DNA of 64,000 nt from Haliotis rubra (Eukaryota), in assembly GCF_003918875.1 (NCBI RefSeq), contig NW_025767168.1, positions 558,001-622,000 on the forward strand, read 5' to 3'. Position 1 is the stretch's first letter. Each line of letters opens with the position of its first letter. A model generated the notes under the pieces. It had not been told where the DNA came from. It did not search any database and worked only from the letters and a program-made list of their open reading frames with translations. The translations under genes were made by a program, and so were the position numbers. Shown piece after piece: positions 51,052 to 64,000 of the stretch.

Positions 51052-52504
51052 TTCATTTGCTCGTTAGTTTAGTATGGGTGGGTTGATGGAGGACATGGTG
51101 TAAGCTAGTTTCAGTTGATTTTGTCATATATATGAAATGAGAAATCATACATTTATCTGTGTTAACTTTCCCTTGGACAGTAGTTACCATTAAAAGAAAG
51201 ACTTGTTGAAAGGTTTTTATAGCAAAGTGTCGGGCTAGTAATATTTGGAAAGGACTAATGACATACAAAATCCACTAGCCCGGAGGTCTAGTTAAAATGT
51301 TTAGTGAGTGTCGATCCCTGCTGTCTTAAAATAAAAATATAAACAGAAGAATGTTCTGGTTTTTCCTTTTTCTTGCTTTGAAAGAAGCTATACAATGCGC
51401 AATGGTTATTTGCATATATACTGTGATTCAATATGAAGGTAAAAGAATATTACAATGTCGACAGATTTCTATAACTGTTCTTCCACAATATCTTGCAATG
51501 CGTATCGCAATACAAAAGAGTGTATCGCAATATATCGCAATACGAAATTTGGGGCAATACACAGCCCTACGTCACAGGGACTGATTAAAGTAGAAGGAAA
51601 ACAGAACTTACAGCTTGTACGTTTTCACCGCTATTTGCCCTTGTTTACGAGCATTGTTTAACATTATTATGTCACAAATAATAAACAAACTAACGAATCT
51701 TTTGCACTTGTGACAATGTACTGACGTATGGCTTTATTGTAAATGTTTACTGATGTAATTAGATGTAAACAGACCAGATGTTTATATAATAATTGGACAA
51801 CTAGGTGCAAAGCCAATTATGGTTTGAATCAGTTATGTCAATAATCATTAACAACTCACATAAATCTCTGTCACAAAAACTCGAAATGTCATTTATTCAT
51901 GAAACTGGTGGCAACATACTTGACTTTTTTGGACCGTGGACCAGCACGAATTGTTTGTCTCAAGCGAGGGAACCTTACGTAACCATGGTGTATTTAATAC
52001 TCACCATCCCTGATGTAACATTTGCATAAGTACGGCAAGTTAAGCACACACATTGCCACAATTTGTGGGGCCAGTATTGGTTTAACGCACATTAATTATT
52101 GACGTATTCCTTGTGGACATTTCCATGTCGACTACAAATTATTGCATATTCATATCCCATGACTGTTCTGAAGACAGGGGCGATACTGGTGTATGATCAT
52201 GAATACGGAAACGTTAATGTTTTCACAATAACATTTAAATATAATCGATTCGATTGAACCAATTGGATGACGGAAGGACGTTTTTTTTGTTAAAATATAA
52301 TTAGGTTGCCCTGTACTTTTAAGTGCATGTTGAACCATCTGGGTATTCTCTTGCTAAAATGCTAAAGGATAACGGATTTATATAACAATGGAAACGTAAT
52401 TGTCACCATAAGTGAAAATCAATAATAATATTCATATGGACTTCATGGTCATCGATACCGATTATCATCTAACTTTGTGCCCACTACAGCACCTGCAGTT
52501 GCGG

Positions 52505-52745
52505 GTGTTTGTGTGTTTGGTGTATTGCTTGATGCCACAATATTACATCTGTAAGGTCGAGCTGCTAGTAATCAAGTCGGGACCAGACAATCCAGTGATT
52601 GACATTATAAGTATCGATCCGATATGTTGACATTCGTCTAGGATGTTAGCGGGCCTAACCAGCTGAACCCGTTAGTTGCTTCTGGCTACAGCTTAAGCAT
52701 TTATATGGCTTGCTGAAATCCAGTTCTAACCTCAATCTGCATGGA
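52505..52745 (-). mobile_element. SINE family B, old copy
   Basis: gggaccagacaatccagtgattgac...cccgttagttgct...cagttctaacc. Confidence 0.7.
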
Positions 52746-53591
52746 GTCAACCTAAACAGAGACAACAGGGTATCTTATATACGTTTCAGTTCACATGATC
52801 AAGAAGACGCTAATACTTCGCATTTTCATTGCTGTTAAGATGTGCAATGTATTTTCCGAGATGTAATACAAATAACCAGACACAAGGGTAGAATAGAACC
52901 TAGAGGACGTTTTTTAAGAAAACGAATTTAGAGCAAACGTTAAGAAATTCTAGAGACAAAGTCTATGCACATAATACAAAAATCACAATATTATAAACAA
53001 AATGACGACGATGGTGATAATGATGATGATATGCGTTGGGCGTCATTAGAATGTTGGAGTTGGGATTTCACCAAATAGAGGAATGATTAATGGGTGAATA
53101 TGCTTTTATACAAGAGACATTTCGACATGTCAAACTTTAACTTCAGGTAACGTTAAATGACACACATACACACAGCGAGGAACACACACACACAGGAACA
53201 CACACACACAAAACCTGTTTCAAACATCCATAACACACAGATGTCACGGAAGATTAATTGATAAATTGCCCACGTTCCTGTTAGGAAAATACAAACTGTA
53301 TCCCTGCTAATGGTCCTTGGTAGAGATAAGCATGTTGTCAACTTAAAACGTGACAGCTGATAACACGACAGACACCTTGCAGCATGTAATCTATACTGTA
53401 CCGGAACAGAAGTATTGAGTTGTAAATTACAAACGTGATTTTGACACGTGAGTTAACCTGCTGCTACCCACTTGAGAATGAACTCACTGCCAATGGCATA
53501 TAGCCGGATCTTTAGAAGCAGATGATATATAACACCACCCGGGATAAAATCAGGAACTGGTTTTACAACCAGTAGCTCCTCTGCTGGACTA

Positions 53592-53776
53592 GGGCGGTGG
53601 GGTAGCCTTGTGGTTAAAGCTTTCGCTCGTCACGCCGAGGACCCGGGTTCGATTCCCTACATGGGTATAATGTGTGAAACCAATTGCTGGTGTTCCCCGC
53701 CGTGATATTACTGGAATATATTGCTAAACCGTCGTAAAAGTAAACTCACTCACTTACTCACTCACTCACTCATTCA
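53592..53776 (+). mobile_element. SINE family A
   Basis: Full length, (ACTC)n tail, degenerate TSD ctct(g/a)ctg(g/a)acta. Confidence 0.88.
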
Positions 53777-54239
53777 CTCTACTGAACTATGAAATATTGG
53801 TTCTTATGTTCAAGGGATGTTGACATGGTGTTGCAAGTAAGACAAATAATGAAGAGTGTATTCAATGAAGAGTTCACTTTATATTGACATTCATGGAGGT
53901 ATAAACGTACAACTCGGTCTTCACCGTGTAAAACCGGTGTTTACGTTAACAATATAACTCCATATATATTAAGAATACATTGAAGCCAAATGTCATGTCT
54001 AAAAATCTATTACGCAACGGTTGTAGCGTCGTTGACTCCGTATTCTAAATGCGAGTTCATTAACATCCTTCAAAGCAATAATCCCCTTCCCCTTTTCCGT
54101 TAGTGGGCGTATATTTTTTGGTTGTATGTCATTTACGATTTCTTGTAGTGAAAACTCTTTTATGAAATGATCCATATTTTCTAATTTTGGACTGACTAAA
54201 ACGGATATGCAAACGTATGGTTTTAATCCTATACAAATG

Positions 54240-54465
54240 TTCAGATTTCCGGGTTAACAAGGTCCGACTATACAGGGCACACTAAGTGAGGCATGTGGTA
54301 TGATGCTACTGAATGAATCCGGTGGTCAGTCTCAGTTAATTGGTCCATAAAGTGTCATCGTGAGAGCATGGCATCAGTCATTAGATTGTCTGAGTCAGGT
54401 TCGTGCGTTCCAAGTCTCCATCCACGTGCTGGAACATTGTTGAGTGTGGCGTTAAACAACAAATA
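54240..54465 (+). mobile_element. SINE family B-related, highly diverged
   Basis: tccgggttaac...ccggtggtcag...gtgtcatcg...gctggaacattgttgagtgtggcgttaaacaac. Confidence 0.55.
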
Positions 54466-55913
54466 CCACTTCCTAAAATTTTATCGATAAAATTGGCAAA
54501 GGTGTCAACAACCATAACCACACACAATATTACACATAACACGTGTTATTTATAAATCTGTTGTAGAATATTACACGTGGAATACCTGATCTAGAGAGTA
54601 TTTCAGTTGACAAAACATATTTTTATGTAATAATACAAAGACAATAATGTGAAATATCGTTGCAGTTAAACGAAACTCATCAGACTAGAAACAAATAACT
54701 ATCGTACAACATCATTAGTCATGAATCACGCTCCCAACATCGTCATTGAAATGTCTAAACGTGAAGCAACTCCAACCCCTCGAGACCTTATCAGCCATAG
54801 ACCGTTAATTGATGTTGTGAACGTCAAGGAGACGTTTACACATGTCGTCGTCACAGAGTTATCGAGGACAAGCCCAGCCGTCCCACACCCAGTTCCAGAG
54901 CAGTATTCAACTGCTACATCAGGCCCAATCAATGCTCGATACACACCACGGCCGACGTGTTGCCCTCGGCTCTGTGTACCTGAATGTTATAGAGTTGTGT
55001 GATGTCATTGGAAGGAGTAAAAACAGTCATGAAGATGCGCTTACAGATAGAAAGGTAAGGATGGAAACTGGTCCTGCAATATTTTTATGTCAAGAACTAT
55101 TACATTTGTTCATTTAATTTCAGTATTTCGTATGTCAATTTAGATATGTTATCAATACTATAGAGTCATATAACGACACTACAATTGTTATACAGGTGCA
55201 CGAAAAATCTGTTCTTTGGAGTTGTCAGATTCATAATTTACGTAAGAGTGTAATTAAGTGAACTCGGAGCTAAACAAAGGTGATGGTGAACCTTTAACCA
55301 GCTAATAGTGAACATTGCTGACTTTTTGGTCATGATGCTGAGTGATTAAGAAAAGTAGTCGTATTTACTCATTGCTCAGACATCGATGTATTCAAACACT
55401 ATGTATCAATGAAGTATGTATACACCTCTCTACAGTGAGTGTTACATGTGTGCTGGAATAGGACTGGTCGCCGCAGACTAGTATTTGTGTCATTGTATTG
55501 TTGATAATCAAATGTTATTGATAAATACAGACAGACAGACAGTTTTATTCAGTAAAAGGCCACTGGCCCATAATACAGTCAAATGCATGATCACACATCA
55601 CATGAATGGTACACAGTGATTTATAAAAATGTTCTGCTCTTAATTCTAATTTGTACACAATATAAAATAAAGAAACACTGATAAGCATTGATATTGATAA
55701 ATACAAGACATGATTGAAGCACGTTTGTGCGATTACAGCATTACACACAAAGCGGTGTCGTGTTTCACAAAACTGTTTATCACAAGTCAGATACCTTACT
55801 GTCTCTACCTGTGTTATACTTACTTATCTAATACTCTTTGCATCTTTTTGAGCTTGTTGTTTTCCTACGTGCACTGGACATTAAGGGAATAAAGCATGGA
55901 TTGTTCGGCTCGC

Positions 55914-56063
55914 NNNNNNNNNNNNNNNNNNNNNNNNNNNNNNNNNNNNNNNNNNNNNNNNNNNNNNNNNNNNNNNNNNNNNNNNNNNNNNNNNNNNNNN
56001 NNNNNNNNNNNNNNNNNNNNNNNNNNNNNNNNNNNNNNNNNNNNNNNNNNNNNNNNNNNNNNN
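55914..56063. other. Assembly gap (150 N)
   Basis: Run of n. Confidence 1.
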
Positions 56064-56479
56064 ACTTGTCTGTCCTGATACTTAAGATTGAGATTACACA
56101 GTGAATAGAGGGAATGATGTGTTTCACTAGCTACCGTGACCCCCCTTGACTACTGGTCAAATCCCTTACCCAATTCCCAGCCCCAGTATATGTTTCCTGT
56201 ATTTTTACTCAAGAAGTGTCCACCATGTCCCTCATGTTCAAATATTAGATACCAATTATTGAAAACCATCTAAACTCCTTCACTCCTCATTCCGTTACTC
56301 CTTACCTCTATGTGGTGCCATAATATGTCCGAAGTGGGCATTTGTACATATTCGACAATTTCTTTCAGTTATTGCGAATATATCAGATTAAACATTAAAA
56401 CATTATAAGTGACAGGAAAGACTTGTCAATTCTTTGAGATTTTTAGTGTGCAGATTCTGTCAGTGTTGTCACAACCCCT

Positions 56480-56808
56480 AGTGTACAGAACCCAACCCTG
56501 TGCTCTTAAAAGAACCCACGAATCCGTTGGTAAATGACCAGATGGTGGCCACATGAATACGTGCAAACACCTAGTTGCGGGTACAGCAACGTGCAGTAAA
56601 CTTCACCCAGCCGTGAATGGGTACCTCGTAAGGATGGGAGAGCCACATTGACTCGGTGCGCCTAGTGGCTGCAAGACTTGTATGCTGCTCAGGGAGTCCA
56701 GATTGATAATACGATGTGCCGTTTGAGATTGACACCCAGTGATCGAAGGAAAAACAAAGCGCCTTTGAGCAACTAAGCTGGATATCCGCGCTATGCAAAT
56801 ATTAGCAT
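56480..56808 (+). mobile_element. SINE fragment with an L2-type tail (second copy at about 58500-58830)
   Basis: cacccagccgtgaatgggtacc core-like motif; aaagcgcctttgagc...ggatatccgcgctat tail. Confidence 0.5.
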
Positions 56809-57176
56809 AATGACATTAATGACATTTTGCTCAGATGCTTTTAACAGATCTAACTGCAGGAATTCAGACATCGTGGAACCAAGATACCTTTCTGCAGTGG
56901 ATAATGCACAGATGTTCAACATCGCGCTTATTTTAGCTAAGATATGTATCAATTTCGTGAAGTTAAGCTTCATACGAAACATATCCTATACAGAAGTTGA
57001 AACCTTAATATCAAAGACATACATGTTATTTTTTAAAAGTCCAGTTTTAGGTTGACAAAACCGGATAAACGTGAGGAGAATAATAATACACTGGAAGTTA
57101 TAACAATCTATCAGTACCCAACGTTAATCTTTACATGTAAGTAAATGCTCAATAGCTCAGAGTGCGCTTGAGCTCT

Positions 57177-57282
57177 CGCGCCGTTGTACAAAGCGATCTT
57201 AGCGCTAAGGTGACCGTAATTCCCATACCTTAACATAGACTGATCACTCGATGGCGCTAAGGTTGCTTTGTACACGGCACCC
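57177..57282. mobile_element. Palindromic MITE (Harbinger-like appearance)
   Basis: gccgttgtacaaagcgatcttagcgc / gcgctaaggttgctttgtacacggc. Confidence 0.6.
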
Positions 57283-59082
57283 TGATATTCAACCTCCAGC
57301 TCACTTATCTGAAGGACTGGCAACACAGTGAAGTGTTGTAACTGACCTGATGACATATTGGTAACGTGCCTGCTTCCATGACAGTGTTTGGCTTAAACAG
57401 ATCAATAATGGTATAAGGTTAATGAAGTAATAGGTTACGGTATCAGCATCGGTGTCAGCTGGCATAATGGCATTATGCTTACCTGGACCCTAAAGCGTGA
57501 TAAGGTTAATGAAGTTACATGAGATTTGGGTGGCAAAGGTAACAGCATATTTGAAAATATATTACGCGAATCCAACATTTCAAATGCTGGAAATAAATGC
57601 ACATTTTGTTTTGGTAATATTAGAATATAAATCCTTATAGCCTTGTTACTCGAAATGATGATAAACACCTTCTAAAGCTCGATAACATTTGACAGTTTTC
57701 AAATTACAAATGTTTCGCCTCCTAAAGAGATGTCAGTATTTCTAATCCTAGTAAAATTCACTGGTGTCGGAACTTTCATCACCCAATCGTATTGGAAATA
57801 CCCTGAGATAAAGTGTCCACTTTAGTGTAACATTTTCAGTTCAAGCTGAGATATGTCTGCAAAACCGGTCTCAACATTAATAACAATAGTGAATGAGCAT
57901 ACGGCAACGCCAAGTGATTATATGCTTCGAAGGTGTAGCTACACATGACATAAACACACAAAGTCAGTGCATATTGGAAAACATATTAAACTCTTGCCAT
58001 TTCGTGCATTTCCTCCTGCAATTGTGTTTGTTTTAGTTGTGTTAAATCTGACATTTGGTTATACATCCAAATGTTCCATCAAGAGCTAAAATGTCTGTTT
58101 GTAGCGTTCAAACGTCAAAGAAAACTACTTTTATCTGAACGGTGAATTAGCTTCCTTTCACAATACCCGAAGTCCTTTGTTTTCATTCTTCAGAACACTT
58201 TACTTTAAGGTTCATGCTAAAAGTATAGCCTAGCCTTTAGCCTTTAGTTGGTGTATTGTTTAGGCACTATCGTCTTCGTAAATAATTTAACTATTTATCT
58301 ACGACACACGGTCATCAGGTACTATGATATTGCCACAGCGGGAAATCATGTAAAGTGGTATTTGTACATATTCGACAATTCTCTTTCAGTTATTATGAAT
58401 ATATCAGATTAAACATTAAACATTATAGGCGACAGGAAAGACTTGTCAATCTCTTTTGAGATTTTTAGTGTGCAGATTCTGTCAGTGTTGTCACAACCCT
58501 AGTGTACAGAACCCAACCCTTAAACAAAAGAAACCCACGAATCCGTTGGTAAAATGACCAGATGGTGCCGCCATGAAATACGTGCAAACACCTAGTTGCG
58601 GGTACAGCAACGTGCAGGAACTTCACCCAGCGAATAAGTACCTCGTAAGCGATGGAGAGCCATATTGACTTTCGGTGCGCCTAGTGGCTGCAAGACTTTG
58701 TATGCTGCTCAGGGAGTCCAGATTGATAATACGATGCCGTTTGGAGATTGACAATCTTGCGATCGAAGGAAAACAAAGCGCCTTTGAGCAACTAAGCTGG
58801 ATATCCGCGCTATGTAAATATTAGCATAATGACATTAATGACACATTTTGCTCATCAAGAGCTAAAATGTCTGTTTGTAGCGTTCAAACGTCAAAGAAAA
58901 CTACTTTTATCTGAACGGTGAATTAGCTTCCTTTCACAATACCCGAAGTCCTTTGTTTTCATTCTTCAGAACACTTTACTTTAAGGTTCATGCTAAAAGT
59001 ATAGCCTAGCCTTTAGCCTTTAGTTGGTGTATTGTTTAGGCACTATCGTCTTCGTAAATAATTTAACTATTTATCTACGACA

Positions 59083-62000
59083 CACGGTCATCAGGTACTA
59101 TGATATTGCCACAGCGGGAAATCATGTACTTAGCTTTTACTGGAGAGGTGTATAATCTCCGGTGGTGTCCAATTCCCATTGCATTAACTATTAAGCTTGA
59201 CGTGTGTGCCTCTTGATAGCATAACTGCTCATTTCACTGTGTTCAGTGGGCATAACGTCCGCCCGGTATTGACCAACATCCTTCTCCCATCAAAAACACC
59301 TGATAGGAACAGCATATTTCATTTCCATTCAATTACAGACAATTTGTATTGATTTAGGCAAAAAGTTGGGTGATCCTAATCGAGTTTTCATTATTCTTAT
59401 TGCTATTATTCTGTTTCGGGCCTTTTGTTCTTATGATTGTAAGATACAGCAACGATGCAGTTGCATGTAGTACACATTAATTTGCAAAGTGAAATTTGAA
59501 ATACTTCAAATCATCAACGAACGCGTAACACATATGAAAACACAAAGGCACATGTATTGCAGTTACATAGAGGATCTCACAAAAGGCAGGATGCTAAAAA
59601 TGATTCATATACTCTATGTTTGTTTGTTTCTTTCTTTCTTTATTTGATACCCCGCTCTCGATGAACTTCAGGCTACAAGACCGGAGCTTGTTAATCGAGT
59701 CCGTGCAAGACTAACTAGTGACTGTTATTACAATCAACATATGACAATGGCGGCGTACAGCGATACGTAGCCAACAGGTAAGCGTTCTTTACAAACGATC
59801 CGACAAGAATTGGTTTATGTTTCAATATTGACCCAAAGGAGAATTCAACCGAATAACTGAAATACTGTATGCGGACACCAGATGTTGCAGACACATCTAA
59901 ATCTCCCCTCTTATGGGTATTTGGTAAAGGTAAATTACAATCCATGAGGTTTAACTCACTTATAAGTCACTCTGTATCGTAATATACAGTCAAGCTGCGA
60001 TAATCCCAACACTTTCGTTTTTCATCAAAAACGTTCGGATAGTGAAATGTACGGACTACTGAAACGAACCATTACAATATAGGCGTTTTTTCCTATAGGA
60101 TCTCGCTAACGTTCAATCCTTGCTAAAAGAGGGGAAAACATAAATAGCATCACAAAATACACATTTACATGTTTGAGCTTAAAGTAAACAAATGAATGTC
60201 CTTGTTCATGAGAGCAGTGATCGTTGTCCACTTGATCTATGTTAAAACCCTAGCAGTTGCGTACTGGATGAAAACAAATATTCATTGGCACCCGGATATA
60301 TATGTCAAGATTTAAGACAAGGCAGCGCTTCAACAATTTGCGATATTTGCACCATGCATACTCTACTTGTTGAGAGTACACCACTTTAAAGGATTGTTGA
60401 TCGTTAACTGGTCTGAAAAACTGATTGACGTTGAGTTACTTTCTTATATTATTATATCCACAACAAGGTTAATGATTATTTGTGATGATTCAACCGTAGT
60501 AAAACTACAGCAGTTGTTTTAATTATCCAGAAAGAAATAGTTGTTGTACAAGGGTGCCATTTCTATTATTACATCACGCTATTTACATCTGAGAATATAT
60601 TTCACAAATAAATACTTTCCGCTTGAGGAAGATTAGGAAAATTAGGAATTCTCAAAAGAACATATATCCTTTGGGCACAAGGCTACAAATATATTTTTAA
60701 TCTTTAAGATAAACATATATAGAATATATTATCCCTATGAGCATGCTTCTGAGCGTGAATATGTGCGCGTTATAAATATGCACTATCATTATTATTAATA
60801 TACAATTTTGAGATGATGAATGAAACACTGTTTGACCTTAACCTATTTCTTTTTACTATTTCCACGACAAAGTTTATGATGATATGTGATGAGTTAACTG
60901 TAGGAAAACTGTAAAACTACATCAGTTGTTTCAATTATGCAGAAAGGAACAGTTGCTGTTCTTGTGTGCCATTTTAATTATTACATCACGCTATTTACAT
61001 CTGGGAATATATTTCACAAATACTCACGGTCATCAGGTACTATGATATTGCCAGAGAGGGAAATCATGTACTTAGCTTTTACTAGAGAGGTGTATAATCT
61101 CCGGTGGTGTCCAATTCCCATTGCATTAACTATTAAGCTTGACGTGTGTGCCTCTTAATAGCATAACTGCTCATTTCACTGTGTTCAGTGGGCATAACGT
61201 CCGCCCGGTATTGGCCAACATCCTTGTCCCATCAAAAACACCTGATAGGAACAGCATATTTCATTTCCATTCACTTACAGACAATTTGTATTGATTTAAG
61301 CAAAAAAGTTGGGTGATCCTAATCGAGTTATCAGTATTCTTATTGCTATTATTCTGTTTCGGGCCTTTTGTTCTTATGATTGTAAGATACAGCAACGATG
61401 CAGTTGCATGTAGTACACATTAATTTGCAAAGTGAAATTTCTAATACTTCAAATCATCAACGAACGCGTAACACATATGAAAACACAAAGGCACATGTAT
61501 TGCAGTTACATAGAGGATCTCACACAAGGCAGGATGCTAGAAATGCTTCATATACTCTACGTTTGTTTGCTTCTTTCTTTCTTTCTTTTTGTTTTGTTTT
61601 TTATTGTTTGTTTGTTGGGATTTTTGTTTCTTTCTTTCTTTCTTTATTTGATACCCCGCTCTCGATGAACTTCAGGCTACAAGACCGGAGCTTGTTAATC
61701 GAGTCCGTGCAAGACTAACTAGTGACTGTTATTACAATCAACATATGACAATGGCGGCGTACAGTGATACGTAGCCAACAACGTTCTTTACAAACGATCC
61801 GACAAGAATTGGTTTATGTTTCAATATTGACCCAAAGGAGAATTCAACCGAATAACTGAAATACTGTATGCGGACACCAGATGTTGCAGAAACATCTAAA
61901 TCTCCCCTCTTATGGGTATTTGGTAAAGGTAAATTACAATCCATGAAGTTTAACTCACTTATAAGTCACTCTGTATCGTAATATACAGTCAAGCTGCGTT

Positions 62001-62997
62001 AATCCCAACACTTTCGTTTTTCGTCAAAAACGTTCGGATAGTGAAACGTACGGACTACTGAAACGAACCATTACAATATAGGCCTATTATCCGGTAGTGC
62101 AGTCTATGTTTACGATGTCGAGGATCTCGCTAACGTTCAATCCTTGCTAAAAGAGGGGAAAACATAAATAGCATCACAAAATACACATTTACATGTTTGA
62201 GCTTATAGTAAACAAATGAATGTCCTTGTTCATGAGAGCAGTGATCGTTGTCCACTTGATCTATGTTAAAACCCTAGCAGTTGCGTACTGGACGAAAACA
62301 AATATTCATTGGCACCCGAATATATATGTAAATATTTAAGACAAGGCAGCGCTTCAACAATTTGCGATATTTACACCATGCATACTCTACTTGTTGAGAG
62401 TACACCACTTTAAAGGATTGTTGATCGTTAACTGGTCTGAAAAACTGATTGACGTTGAGTTACTTTCTTATATTATTATATCCACAACAAGGTTTATGAT
62501 TATTTGTGATGATTCAACCGTAGTAAAACTACAGCAGTTGTTTTAATTATCCAGAAAGAAATAGTTGTTGTACAAGGGTGCCATTTCTATTATTACATCA
62601 CGCTATTTACATCTGAGAATATATTTCACAAATAAATTCTTTCCGCTTGAGGAAGAAAAATTAGGAAAATTAGGAATTCTCAAAAGAACATATGTCCTTT
62701 GGGCACAAGGCTACAAATATATTTTTAATCTTTCAGATGAACATTTATAGAATTTATTATCCCTATGAGGGTATATACAAATTTGAGATGATGAATGAAA
62801 CACTGATTGACCTTAACCTATTTCTTTTTACTATTTCCACGACAAAGTTTATGATGATTTCTGATGAGTTAACTGTAGGAAGACTGTACAACTACATCAG
62901 TTGTTTCAATTATGCAGAAAGGAACAGTTGCTGTTCTTGTGTGCCATTTTAATTATTACATCACGCTATTTACATCTGGGGATATATTTCACAAATA
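59083..62997. repeat. Recent ~1.95-kb tandem duplication (59083-61024 / 61025-62997) with internal ~380-bp sub-repeats
   Basis: Both units start cacggtcatcaggtactatgatattgcc and are near-identical with a few indels; ORFs 59715-59945 and 61738-61944 are duplicated. Confidence 0.92.
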
Positions 62998-64000
62998 AAC
63001 TCTTTCCACTTGAGGAAAAAAAACAAAATTGGGAATCTCCATATATCCTTTGGGCACAAGTATACAAATATATTTTTAGTCTATAACATGCAAAACTATA
63101 TAATATATTATCCGTGTGTGGGTATATACAAATTTGAGATGAATATGCCAACCATGACCTGTTCACATTTGTTGTAGTGTAAATGTATGCTTTTAATGGA
63201 ACAAGAAATTTTGTTACCCCGCTATTGTCAATGCCGCTATGTCAGGAATAAACAAAATGCAAAGTCATGTTCTTAAATTAAATGTTCCATAATTGCATAG
63301 GCATAAACGTGGGCGATAAACTTTTGTCATAAACTTCTTTTATCAGAAGAAAAGAACAAATTACCTGTTCAGCAGACATTACCTGTTCAAGCAAATACAA
63401 TTTGTTTCAGAGAAAACCGTTATATATTTATACTGACAGCGCCAATGCCATGTATTCATATTCGTACCGCCCTTACACGGGGGCTATTATAGAAATACAT
63501 TCATTTTACAATTAATTACTCAAATATGTACACTAGTAAATTACACATTCATGGGCAGCCTAGGCTCCAGGTGGTCAGGAATGACTGCCAGGCATAAGGG
63601 AAATCCCCACCGGGTATACGCATTTAATATTAAATCAATTCAGCCATAAAACCAAATCAACCACGTTAATGAAGAAAATGGACGTACTGTCAAAATTGTG
63701 TCATCCAATTGATTGTTCTTGATATTTGCTCCTGCTGTCAATCCTTGCCGTTAACACATTTCCATTGTTAAACCCCTTGAAAGTAATTAATGACAGTGGG
63801 CGTACGTTTCATACAATATTGATCAAACCCAGTAACCTATTAAATCTGTAAGCTCCGTCATATTTAATTCACCACAACCATTTGTAACCGTTCTTTTCAA
63901 ACCTGTCCATCTTCCAATAATATACCAGTGTGCTCTGTGCTTAATATCAACCTCTAAATAATGTACACAGATCTGTATAACTCCACTGTCACCTGCTGAG

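Larger units (their letters stand above)
48097..51569. mobile_element. Non-autonomous hAT element with nested insertions
   Basis: Termini TAGGGCTG...CAGCCCTA, subterminal (cg)caata repeats, 8-bp TSD cctcacag / cgtcacag. Confidence 0.72.

Noticed and set aside
54721-55060. Overlapping ORFs on both strands with a strong + strand donor (AAG|gtaagg near 55053)
   Set aside because: There is no recognisable domain and no partner exon; it cannot be supported as a gene without transcript data
55828-56127. ORFs spanning the N run
   Set aside because: Artefacts of translating through the assembly gap
59715-61944. Two near-identical short ORFs (MDCNLPLPNTHKRG...) suggesting a gene family
   Set aside because: The DNA-level tandem duplication explains them; they have no ATG start and an indel shifts their C-termini

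Overview
This is AT-rich, intron-containing animal genomic DNA, not prokaryotic. The repeat families suggest a mollusc, possibly abalone (inference). One host gene is recognisable: a minus-strand Cys-loop nicotinic acetylcholine receptor alpha-type subunit, with five firm coding exons at 36846-41303 and an unresolved signal-peptide exon. It has a cation-type GEK pore but a strongly altered ligand-binding aromatic box. The rest is mostly repeats: (i) a tRNA-Asp-derived SINE (family A, 11 annotated copies); (ii) a tRNA-less SINE (family B) whose 5' end folds into a covarying pseudoknot and is amplified into a 31 x 50 bp tandem array; (iii) an RNase H-bearing I/Nimb-type LINE whose 3' stem-loop is shared by three SINE families; (iv) Penelope-like remnants with minimal hammerhead ribozyme cores; (v) a tRNA-Leu-derived SINE (family D) that appears to carry a Penelope-type 3' tail and a Penelope-style inverted duplication; (vi) Tc1/mariner, hAT, R4 and CR1/L2 relics and MITEs; (vii) an old ~10-13 kb decayed duplication; (viii) a 150-N gap followed by recent or artefactual duplications. 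The best novelty candidates are the putative Penelope-mobilised SINE and the pseudoknot-headed SINE with its array. Coordinates were read by eye, and boundaries of degenerate elements are approximate.
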